Assembly (NCBI GenBank): GCA_965644265.1
Contig: OZ286462.1
Coordinates: forward strand, 35,154,001-35,218,000
Length of the DNA: 64,000 nt
Origin: Glycera tridactyla
Taxonomy: Eukaryota
Direction of reading: 5' to 3'
In this document: positions 53,801 through 64,000 of the stretch, in pieces
Layout of the letters: each line of letters begins with the position of its first letter
Position numbering within the stretch: the stretch's first letter is position 1
Notes under the pieces: model-generated
The model's database searches: none
Told to the model about the DNA's origin: nothing
The model's input: the letters and a program-made list of their open reading frames with translations, nothing else
Position numbers and translations under genes: made by a program

Positions 53801-56800
53801 CATACCATTTCATAAATTAAATGCTACTGCCACTGCACAGAATAGCCTTACACAAGCCAACAATGCACATGAAGGCCCTTTTTCTATATTGTAAGTAGAC
53901 CTCATTCAAAGAGCAGGAATCTTGTATTGGGTTGGTATGAGTGGAGAGTAAAGTTCGTTGTTGCACAGTGAAACTCAAAATTCACCCGCCTGTCACTTCA
54001 TGAAGGAAGGGTGAGAAGTGATGATTGGTGAAATTTCAACCTACCAAGTGAAGCTATCTTTTTCTCAGCAAAATGCCTCAATGCTGCAGAGAGCAACTGG
54101 TTCCTGTGCGTTGCTGTCTGCTCTTCAGTAATGAGGTTGAATCGCCTTATGAAAGACCAAAGGCGTTCCATTTGCTCGCCGTCAATCATTCCGAAGCCTT
54201 CCTTTCTTCTTGGACTATACTTCAGCTGTAAAATAAAGGCAAACACTTCAGTAATATTCAAATTGGTCTTCTGTTATGTTTAGAAAAATTTCAGATCAAG
54301 CTATTTCATCATATATGCATACCTGCCATGTCGTTCAGTAGTGATCCACCATGGTTTCAGTAGTTTTGGTTCAGTAGTGATTTTCTCATCATTTTCAGTA
54401 GTGATATTCACAACTCAGAATCCATGCACATGAATGTATTTACATGTTCAGATAAAAAAATGGATTCTTATGCAAATCAGTGTTGAAATATTGACACTAT
54501 AACTTGTGAAACTATCAGGTTTCATTCAACATTTCATGAATATTTATCAATCCTGTCCTAGCAACATTTTTTTTTGGGATCATGCTTCATTTCTGAATCA
54601 GTAGTTTGTCACGGGCATCAGTAGTTCAGTTTGACCTCATTTCAGTATTCAGTAGTAGTTGACAGGTATGTATATGGATATCTTGGATAAGTCCAAGTAA
54701 ACAGAGAAAAACTCTAAGAGGGACTCTTCCCCATTTCGCTAATAGGAATGACAGAAGAATACTAGAATATATCTACTCTGCTGTCTATATTTTCTTTCAT
54801 TTTATGCTATGAAGGCAGTAGTTTCCAATGTGATCTTCTCTGAATGTAGAAAAGTAAATCATGACTGCACATCAGGTGCCCAATATCAACTGATCAGATG
54901 GGGAGTTGTCACGCTGACCTTCACATGGGCCAGCACTACTAACCCATACAAATAGCACTAAGAAGTGAAAAAGGAATGAAAAAGCTATGTATGCATTAGA
55001 TGCATTTTATTTCTTTTCTCCCACTTATTGGTCCATGGGCAATGCATTGTGAATAAAAAAATTGGAATCAAAATGCTTTAAATTACATCTGTGACAAGTT
55101 TGGTGTAGCCAGGTCAGTCAGCATCTTCAAGAAAATCCTCTCTGGAAATGCAATTTTGTCCTATGAATCAGTGAGGCTCGTTGGAAGACTCCATTTATGA
55201 AAGGCAGACATTAGGGAATGCTATGAGATGCATCTTTGTCAAGGGACAAGGATGCTGCCCTGGGTACTGAAAAACCCACCAGAAATGACAGGTTTTAGTC
55301 AATTGAAAAATTGATGTGTTGCCGTCAAATCAAATTGGGATGCTGAATGGACGATGGCGGGATACATTAGAAATGGGACATATTTAAGACATCAACATCA
55401 TTGATGTGTGACCTCAACACTGCTACAGGAATGGGAGTGGATGCTGCAGCAACCGCAATACCTCTCTCAACTTTATGGAGGTGAGGTGAAACTGACCAGC
55501 CTGTTTCTTAATGTTTTACCATGCCAGGCTTTGATGAAGGGCAAGTAGAACCCTTTCATCAGTGTATGAATTCTTTTTGTTTGGGTTTCAGAAACATAAC
55601 TTATCCATTTGAAAGCATTGAAAGCATTGGAATCGTCCAGCTCCAGTTGGGGGGGGGGGGGTATTTGCAATATTCCTCAGCATGTAATGCTCTGGATATA
55701 TCTAGTATCTGATTTGTCTCCGGACTAGGAGGCAAATATTCACATTTCACATCTGTCTGAATGTGGTGATTAAGAAAACAAGATAATGTCTATCAAAACT
55801 CAGCTTTTAGCATTTCATATTTGATGTGATTTCAAATTGCATTTTGGGAATTACCTACCTGGCATGATGCTTGATGTCCGTAGCAGTGAAATACTGGTAT
55901 GGCCAGGCTAATCTTTTCAAGCAAGTCTTTGTCTCCTGATTTCTGAAACATATTAGCATTTTGGGAATTACCTACCTGGCATGATGCTTGATGTCCATAG
56001 CAGTGAAATACTGGTATGGCCAGGCTAATCTTTTCAAACAAGTCTTTGTCTCCTGATTTCTGAAATAAATTAGCAACATTGTCTTGACAGACAAACCGAA
56101 TCAAACGGATATGCTCATTAGATGATGATGCATATCTCAGTTTGCAGCACATTGCCATCCCTTGGTTGTAAGGTCATGAAACTAAATGACCTGTAATGAA
56201 CCATCCTCTGTATTTACCAGAATATTTGATCATAAAAATTGCATATTCTAGTATTCAAACCATACTTCTGTTAAATATGTACAAGTGGACTCATATGATT
56301 CAGATGGAATCAGCTGATGTGCTTATTATAACTATTTTCCGAATTTTGTATGATCATTTTTCTGTCAGACCGTATATTTCATTGTTTTTATGTGTATATT
56401 AAACAGTTCAAAATTGGATTGAATTGGCATAGTGAGTGACTTGGTGAGTGTAATGAGATATACTCACTTCCAGATGGGAGGTAAGCACGCAACCAATGTC
56501 ATATAACACATTCAAATCAATGGACTCGTCGAATGACTCGATCAGGTTTTTGATGAGAAAGACAGGGTATGCAAGCCTGAAATCACAACCAGATGGAACT
56601 ATACAAGATGAACTGGAACTGTACTCTAGAAGATGACTAATGACCCCCCCCCCCCTCCCCCTCCCGCACTCACCCCAGCCAATTTGAACTTATGAGCACC
56701 ACAATTTAGCATTCAAGATGAGAACATCAGGTCTGGGTACTGTAGCCATAGTGTACACACAGGTAGGAAGTCACATAATATTTTCCATCATTCGGGTATG

Positions 56801-59800
56801 ACATCTTTGAGAATACTAAGATTCAGCTATCCTCAGCCTTTCCATCTACATTGAAAATAATTATTCTATAATGAAATGGGCCCCCTCAAGGACCAAAATT
56901 ACCTTGATTACTGCATTTTATTGACAATAAAATCACTCTGGAAATATCTGATTATATCCATGGGTCGAGACAGCTTCACACCTGGACAAAATAGCAGTCA
57001 CAACCACAATTTGCTTCTCTTTGGGCTCTAATTAACAGCCAAGGAAAGCCAACACACAAAATGGAACAGTTGGAGTCTGCTATCTTTGAACTGACTCAAA
57101 CTCTGCGAAGTCATCGACACCTGCAACAACCTCTGTGACATCATCAATTGTTTAGATAGCCTAGCAATACTTTCACAATAATTTTATGAATAGTGTCTAT
57201 AGTGAATTGACTTTTGACATTTCACACATCCAACTCACCTCTCTCCATGTATGAGATTCATGAATAGCAGAGGAATCTCGTGCTTACAGCTGGATCCCAG
57301 CACACCAGTATACTGTAATTTCGCTGCACGATTTTTGCTTCGCAGAATATCACCAGCTTGGAATCGATTGCATTCCTGGAGGGACAGTGGCATAGTTAGC
57401 TCACTCAGTTCAATCATGTACAATACAAAGATACATTCTGGAAAAGCTGCTCCATGGAGTGATATGTCCTGCTCGCCTGACTGAAGTCATGATTGGAATC
57501 TTGATCGATGTTGATGATGAGAATGATGGCAACAACAGAATATGATATGCATTTGTATTGCCCATGTTATAGCATTAAGGAATATATTTCTTCAGGTTCA
57601 TAGGCAGAAATCTGATCAAATCTCACCTGTAACACCTCCCCCACAAGCAGACTCACAACACCTACACAATTATGCCTGCCTTCATAATGCATGTGTGTGA
57701 GTGGATGTGTTTGTGTGTGTATGTACATGCACACTTGTGTGCATAGTGGGGGAGGGGGTTGAGGCTCTGTTCTATTATACATTGGTTGAGGGGGGAAGTG
57801 CTAGACATTATCAACAACCCTATTACATTACAGAAATAGAGACAACAGAAACATTGTTAATTTCGAAGAACCTTCCATATTGGTTCTATCATCTCAAACA
57901 ATTCCAAACTCACAAATGAAAAAGGTCTTCTTTTCCCTCGAAATAACCCAATTACATATAATAGAATATGGAATATCATATGCCTACGTTATTTTCCAAA
58001 TACAGATACATATGTACCGTATATACTCGCGTATAAGCCCATTTCTTTACGACAAAAAATCGGGGCAAAAGATGGGGGCGGCTTATACATGAGTATACAT
58101 TTCGTCAGAGCCAAATATCAATGTAAACGAAGATCCATGAGCTGGTGAAGGTTTCTCTAGCAGCCGCCGCCATCTTTGATTTTGAAAGAACCACCGAAAA
58201 AACGTGCAAATATCATCAAATTTGACAAGGTTCCCCAACAAATAAGATTCTATCCATGCAAGAGATTTGTCAGCAATATTGTTCTATCTATCATGCCATA
58301 AGCTGTTAGTCAATCCATTGCATGGTTCTCGAGAAATCAATCTTTTTATAACATGGAATCCATTACGAGTACAGATGCCATAGCCAAACACTGACCAGTT
58401 GAAGACTGATTCTGAAAACAATATTTTTCACAACTCACAATCTCTCTTGAAATGCCCGAAATACTGCCAGATGGCAATGAATAGTCCCATATGTACAAAT
58501 ATCTAATCTAATGCCACAAATGATGATCGTTTGGTAGGATATTCCAACAAATTCACCATAAACGTGATGAAAACAAGGCCTGTATAACCATCCGATTGTG
58601 TTAGGCCATTTTGATCATCATCAGATCACATGATCAAATGACCAAATATGGCAAAGAACTAGAATTTTTTTGTTGCATAATTTATAAGTATATATGACGT
58701 AATTCCAGGGTTTCCCTTTATATTCAAAATGCCAGCATCGTCACATGATACAACAATGACACTCAAATCGCTATGGAAGAAGCCAGCCTTTTCTTTTCAT
58801 CGCCAAATACATGCTCATGTGGCTTTGAAACATGTTTTCCTTGACGGAGATTGCCCCAACATGGATTGTACCCTTGAATCATTGAAGTGTGGAGGCGAGA
58901 ATAAACCAACAATATCCATGATAAGCTGCAAAATGGCTTCTCTACACAGCTGTCTTTGATATATTGTGACACTAGTCACCGTCTTCAACAAAATCGGGGG
59001 GAGGCTTACATTCAAATAATTCCCAACTAAATCCCGACTTTTGGAGGCAAAATCGTACCCGGGATTATATGCGAGTATATACGATATACCAAATTTCAAG
59101 AATGATGGAGCAATATTGATGGAGTGAGGCTTCAAAGAAAAAACCTAACCAAAATCTTAACCAAGACTTAAACCAATGTTAACGATGCAAACGCTGACAC
59201 CGACACCGACGCCGACACCTATGCCGACGGAATGGTAACACCTATGTCCCGCCAATGCTGAAGCAGGCGGGGCAATAAATCCAATCAGGCAGTGAAACCT
59301 GAGGTGAAACCCCTGAAGATATCTACTTCTAAAATGTAGTTTGAATCTTTATGGAATAATAGGATATAACTAGTATAAAAGATTGATCTAAATATGTGAC
59401 CAGACAGCCCAGAATGTCAGCAAAAAGCCATATCTAAAAATATTGGACAATGTCAGATATGAATGCAGACCTAAGAAAACAGTTTCTTGTCAGAGGTGGT
59501 CTCCAGTCAGGAGGTCTATTGAAGCAGGTTCCACTTTTCAGTTTATTCATCAGGAGGTTGATGACAAACAAGTGGCAAATGAGATTTTCCTTCTTCACTA
59601 TTAAGTGAAAGACACTTGACTATGGAGATCATATTAAGTGAAATGAAAAAATGACTGAATCCATACTCACTCCAGCTCCTGCTTTTTTATGGTCATTGTA
59701 ACCAGCAACAAATCTGTTGACAGCTTCTTGCTGAAGGAAGTAAGCTGAAGCCTTGTCAACATCTGCACTCTTTCTTTTCAGCACCAGACCGAAATTTCCA

Positions 59801-62800
59801 TCGATTGACAATGTTACACGCCCATTTTTCTACAATAGATCAGACTTTTTTGAAAGAAGGATTCTGTATTTCAATCAGAAATCAAACAAATAAATCCCAA
59901 GTACCGTATTCTCCCTAATTAGTGCCCCGGGGCGCTTGATAATTGAGAAAGGGGGGCGCTTATTTGTTCGAGATCTGTCAAAATCCCCGATGGGCGATAA
60001 TCGGGTATTTTGGCGAACATAACTCCGATGGCCGGCAAAATATCAACGAAACATTCGATAAACATATTACACGAGTTCTATTAGCTTCACAGAGGAGAAA
60101 AACCGATAGAACTACAAGGATATGACGTAAATTTGCCGAATAAGCATGTGCAAAGAGCAGCATATGCATAACGAATCTCACTTTGACAAGTCAATCCCGT
60201 ATTGTCAGACGTAGTTTGCCGCGATCATAACCCACGATATATCAAACTTACAGGAAAAACGATCGTGCGAATGAATTCCTGAGTATAAAATCGTGTGGTA
60301 TCCATACATAAATCCCTCAAATCCGTCGAATTTTCGCCGAAAACAGTGGAAATATCGAGCGGCAATGACTGGCATCTTTAACCACGTGCGCGCCGCCATG
60401 TTGGATCTGGCCTTCGAGCTCGCTCAGAAAGTGCGGGAAATTCAAACGTCCGAGACTATCAAAGGCCAGTCTGCAACTTCTCCCTCCCACGGGAGGGGGG
60501 GGGGGCTTATGAGGGTGGGGGCGCTAATTAGGGAGAATACGGTATTTGTAATTGCTAATGAACAGGTACAGTGAAACCTGTCAAAAGTGACCACCCTACT
60601 AGACACAAGAAAATGGTCACTCGAAAGAGGTGGTCACTTGTCCAAGGTTCCACTGACTTGTCCTAGATGCAAATACACATAACACAAGATATTTCCAATA
60701 CCGCCCACTAATCTTTTGCAGAATGAACATATACTTCACAAATTACATGCAAATGGCACAATATGGGGGGAATTCCCCTCTCCGCATAATTTATGTGGGT
60801 ATCTATTTTCAGATTACACAGATTAGACAGATGGGCTAAGATATTATGCAATTGAAGATCGTCCAGAACCAAGCTGTTTCTGAAGCAGGTGGAGATGGAT
60901 ATCATATTCAATACCATGATACAAATCCCGTCTTTGAAGGAATTGACCAATCCCTGTTGCATTTACAACTGCTATTCGACTTCAACTTTCTGATAGCTGA
61001 GGTGAAGAATTAAAATGCGGGATGGGAAGGGTCAGAAATACCGAAATGGGGGAGGGGAGAGGGAAGGGTCACAGTTTTTCTCCAGACAGGGCATTTCCCC
61101 ACTTTTTATAATGGGGTAGCTCTGAGTGAATTATTCATAGGGATGACCAGAACTTCCAAGTATCTAATTGCATCAATTCATATTCAACAGAGGAGAATTA
61201 TGCCAACGATGTTTTCATTGAGCGAGTAACAAAGATGTCAGCTATACATGAGTCAGGTCAAACAAGAACAGCAAGATCAAACAGGTTACACTGGTGTCAG
61301 ACTCACCCTTAATAGGGCATTTTGGACTGTTTTTCGACACAAATGCCAAAATATCTGCATAGTTACGCCCATGCTGCTTTCTGATTATACATCCTATCCC
61401 CCCTGCATTCAAATTGTTTTCCCTGATCATATTGCCCACATGCCAACTTTTGCACTTTTGTAGAGCCCCACCACTGCTTTCATGTTGGACTGTAAATGAT
61501 CTTTCATCAATGAGGAGCAATGAACATACATGATATTTTGAGCTTATACAGGCTTTCATACCAACCAGCACCATAATTGCAAGGTTCAAGACTCAAACCC
61601 CAATATTAATTTAATTCCATAAAGATAAGTATTGTTGATTCACCTTAGGACAAGCTGGACAAATGACCTTTTTGCCTTCACGGAATTGATCCAGTGCTGA
61701 TAAGAATTCTCTGAATTGGGCCAGACATTCTCCCTTCATGAAACGCTGCAGTTTTGAAATCTGAAAGTACAGAGTGAGAACAATTACCAGCAGTGTGACA
61801 CATGTTCTTCCACACAACAATGATGTTTACGACAAATCTATGAGGTTCATGATGAACTCATCTCATGAATTATGACCTCTCAAAATTTTAAGAGCAGCTG
61901 GCTCCTGACCTTTGAAATATGGTAGCCAGAGGGTAAATTTGGTAGCCATTGGCCACTCAGGGGTAGCAACATAGAGCCCTGGTTAGAAACAATGCACAGC
62001 CAAATTTGTATACGACAATCAGAGATGGATTTGGAAAACTGGTGGGTTTTTTTCACAGAGAGGTGACCTATTGTATCAGATACTATCGTGGTAATCACTC
62101 TGGGTGATTGTTATTGAAGGATGAGGAGGTGGCCACTTTCAAGCTAGACTGTAATAGTGTTTTATACTAAGAATTGAAGTTCAGGAATTTTGGATTTTTG
62201 AAGGTTGGTAAGACTGGTGAAACCTTAATTATCAAATCTGTAAGGAGCCATCACATGTTTTGAGCAATCTTAAGCTTTTTGAGGCAGTTCCCAGTGATTT
62301 TCCCCTTATTCACAACCGTGGTTGTCTCCAGCAGACGGTGGTTGATTTCCTCTAGTATGTTAGATTGAAGAAACCTTGATCTCTGTGGCATTTGAATGGA
62401 TGATGAGAATAATCAGACTGAGGGGTGGGGGGGGGGCAAATTGCTGTCAAGTATTACCTGAGTAGTATCAAGCCCCTTTAGATACTTCAGCGCCATGACA
62501 AATCCATATGCAGGAACCTGGCACTCCAATGTTAGTGCATGTAGCCAGCTAAGCAGGTCTATCGATACAGCCATACCTGGTTGATCAGGAGATCCTGCCC
62601 AGTAGCCATGGCGAACCAATGTCTTGGCCCATGGCTCACACTTACACAGTTGGACATTGGCTTCAACGAATCTGCCTGTAGAGTAAAATGGGAAAAGTGA
62701 ATGAATTATAAGGACAACATGAATAATTGAAGTGGCGAATGTAGTAATGTCATTGATGATAATTCTAATATGAAAACTTCACATATTTTCAATACACTCA

Positions 62801-63698
62801 GGCTAGTGTGATGATATGTTTTCACTGAATTCATGACTGGGCTCTCGCTATGGAGAATAAATTCCCACTATGTTATACTTCACTTTTCTATCAGATTATT
62901 AGTCAAGGAGGTCGGGAGGCCACCCTCCAGTGCGAGAATGGTAGCACATACTTTTGCCAAGATAGAGAGGATGAACTCGATTGTGTGAGGTTTGTTTTGT
63001 TGGAGTTTGATGGCATGTGACACCCAAAAAGATTATGTATGCTGTGTTACTGTTCAAAGAAAGCTAGATACTCTGTCCCCCATATGCATCACATACACAA
63101 ACCCTGAAGTCGAGATGGGAAACTGGGAGCTTGTCACAAGGAAGTAGCTCAAAGTTGAGACATGCTTTAGTTTATTTGACATGAATATGATGACCCTGAA
63201 AAGGTGATGAAATAGTGTTGAAATAAGTTGAAATTTGCCACTGAGCAAAGATAAAATTCAAGATTGGCATCGAAATGATGTCATGGGCCAATGAATTGTG
63301 CCAAACTGTCAACAAATATTCAAGGTCTCACTAGACAGTTGTGCTTTTCCTGAGTGTGCACTGAACTCAACAACCTTCCCTAAGCAACCATGACCTCATG
63401 CTTAGAACAGGTTTGACTGTCGGTGCATATTGAGAACCACAATCATCCACAATCACTTTCAACTTCAGCCACTCTTCAATTTTTTCTCCTTGAGTATGAT
63501 CATCATCTCCTTTTTGAGAGTGATGAATTAAAATATTTCATAGTGGATTGACTGTGATAAGTTGTAACTCATGGATATATCATTTTCTAGGTATTTACCT
63601 GATTTTGTCACAAGAGTCAGATGCCTTGACTGCACTGTCTCACAGTCATGAGTTGCCAGCAAGGTAACTTGAATTGTATAATCGATGTACATATCATC
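47391..63698 (-). CDS. Spliced KDZ (Kyakuja-Dileera-Zisupton) family transposase with CxC-type Cys cluster; at least 15 exons, 5'-incomplete
   Basis: Exons 63599-63698, 62458-62675, 61644-61760, 59671-59829, 57239-57375, 56468-56576, 55976-56059, 54045-54225, 53406-53495, 52778-52864, 51435-51495, 50563-50625, 49396-49571, 48442-48623, 47391-47837. All have AG/GT boundaries and compatible phases; 2211 nt = 736 aa + stop, with no internal stop. Motifs: CKCE..LVRHGYWAGSP, CPACPK, SIDGNFGL, TGVLGSSCKHEIP..GER, LYDIGC, AIPVFHCYGHQASCQ, GFGMIDGEQMERLWS. Confidence 0.9.
48442..48623 (-). CDS. KDZ transposase exon
   Basis: GQAIAGRISRQITKVGQKVKILLALYNEQHFTQYSRLPNTLSTDDIQCTTADVFVLLSSE; GAG|GTAAGT. 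Confidence 0.82.
49396..49571 (-). CDS. KDZ transposase exon
   Basis: KLRETENRHGFSRWGRNTLDYLSELEVFEMNSKVHFLCKLLALVEEKSFLIHLRSKYS; T|GTAAGT. Confidence 0.8.
50563..50625 (-). CDS. KDZ transposase small exon
   Basis: DTISDHEEGSEDTEKFQILT; ttgcag / CT|GTAAGT; phase 2-2. Confidence 0.7.
51435..51495 (-). CDS. KDZ transposase small exon
   Basis: TGPVWKQKYVADLKKYYAL; ttccag / AG|GTAAGT; phase 1-2. Confidence 0.75.
52778..52864 (-). CDS. KDZ transposase exon
   Basis: AVSEQEISEWNQEEMMSMGNRPSGGIQQ; ttccag / G|GTATGT; phase 1-1. Confidence 0.75.
53406..53495 (-). CDS. KDZ transposase exon (helical C-terminal region)
   Basis: LNLVERHRAAEKLYAQATENQLILMNSLT; tag / G|GTAATT; phase 1-1. Confidence 0.75.
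54045..54225 (-). CDS. KDZ transposase exon with catalytic Glu (DGEQMERLWS)
   Basis: LKYSPRRKEGFGMIDGEQMERLWSFIRRFNLITEEQTATHRNQLLSAALRHFAEKKIASL; G|GTAGGT. Confidence 0.9.
55859..55942 (-). CDS. Tandem duplicate of the FHxYGH exon (copy 2)
   Basis: KSGDKDLLEKISLAIPVFHCYGHQASCQ; 117-bp repeat unit that includes both splice sites. Confidence 0.75.
55976..56059 (-). CDS. KDZ transposase exon, FHxYGHxxxCQ motif (copy 1)
   Basis: KSGDKDLFEKISLAIPVFHCYGHQASCQ; tttcag / CAG|GTAGGT. Confidence 0.88.
56468..56576 (-). CDS. KDZ transposase exon with second catalytic Asp (YDIGC); absent from ORF track
   Basis: LAYPVFLIKNLIESFDESIDLNVLYDIGCVLTSHLE; tttcag / GAA|GTGAGT. Confidence 0.9.
57239..57375 (-). 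CDS. KDZ transposase exon (CxxFxA...TGVxGxxCxH...GER)
   Basis: ECNRFQAGDILRSKNRAAKLQYTGVLGSSCKHEIPLLFMNLIHGE; AG|GTGAGT phase 2. Confidence 0.9.
58017..59084. mobile_element. Non-autonomous pogo/Tigger-like element, about 1.07 kb, inside a KDZ intron
   Basis: ta-CCGTATATACTCGCGTATAAG ... ATTATATGCGAGTATATACGA-ta. Confidence 0.8.
59671..59829 (-). CDS. KDZ transposase exon with first catalytic Asp (SIDGNFGL)
   Basis: KNGRVTLSIDGNFGLVLKRKSADVDKASAYFLQQEAVNRFVAGY; gtag / GGA|GTGAGT. Confidence 0.9.
59904..60542. mobile_element. MITE (Tc1/mariner-pogo type), 639 bp, inside a KDZ intron
   Basis: TIR CCGTATTCTCCCTAATTAG(T/C)GCCCC at both ends, flanked by TA. Confidence 0.9.
61644..61760 (-). CDS. 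KDZ transposase exon ending in CPACPK
   Basis: ISKLQRFMKGECLAQFREFLSALDQFREGKKVICPACPK; tttcag / AAG|GTGAAT; phase 0-0. Confidence 0.85.
62458..62675 (-). CDS. KDZ transposase exon, CxC1/CxC2-like Cys cluster region
   Basis: RFVEANVQLCKCEPWAKTLVRHGYWAGSPDQPGMAVSIDLLSWLHALTLECQVPAYGFVMALKYL; cag acceptor, CAG|GTAATA donor. Confidence 0.85.
63599..63698 (-). CDS. KDZ transposase exon (first visible): DDMYIDYTIQVTLLATHDCETVQSRHLTLVTKS-G
   Basis: tttcag acceptor; G|GTAAAT phase-1 donor that joins the next exon as TKSGRF. Confidence 0.7.
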
Positions 63699-64000
63699 CT
63701 GAAACAAATAGATACATTGTCTTTCTTCTTCAAGTTTCAGCAATATACACTTATACCAGACAAGTTTGGACCATGACAAGTCACAACCTTTACTTGCGTA
63801 TTTGTGATTGTAAGTGGGGTGCAACTAGCTCTCAGCTCAGAAAATGACCACAGTGTCACCCTGTGAGCATGGGATTGATCCACTTAACTTTCACTGGGTC
63901 AATAATTTTGGCCACCATGTCACACAGTGCATATATGACAGTGAGTCTGCCACAGTATTTTTCATAGTGTTCTCTTCTCAATGCCAGTTCTGCAGGTAGT

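Noticed and set aside
63250-63520. Possible extra KDZ exon (EEWLKLK...RSWLLRE)
   Set aside because: It contains stops and is not needed, because exon 63599-63698 splices in frame to 62675
1-64000. TET/JBP gene and terminal inverted repeats of a giant KDZ element
   Set aside because: No HxD...H 2OG-Fe dioxygenase exons or matching termini found by eye; the ends may lie outside the window, and small exons could be missed

Overview
Repeat-rich animal genomic DNA with GT-AG introns, microsatellites and 7 N-gaps; a marine invertebrate origin is an inference. Manual splicing reveals two intron-rich, co-oriented minus-strand genes that the ORF track shows only as fragments. (1) A KDZ-superfamily (Kyakuja-Dileera-Zisupton) transposase gene with at least 15 phase-compatible exons (63698->47391; 736 aa visible, 5' end not found and probably beyond the window), a CxC-type Cys cluster and an intact D-D-E triad. 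One core exon is tandemly duplicated. (2) About 10.5 kb downstream, a gene (36886->30149, possibly to 20246) encoding homeodomain-like, HMG-box-like and GTF2I(TFII-I)-repeat-like modules. It is followed by three duplicated Ser/Thr-rich phase-1 exons and a candidate terminal chromodomain exon. A 511-bp satellite and a CCAAT/YY1-rich promoter-like segment lie between the genes. The rest is MITEs, HINE-like tandem-repeat elements, SINE and LINE fragments, and simple repeats. All domain calls come from motif recognition by eye, not from database searches.
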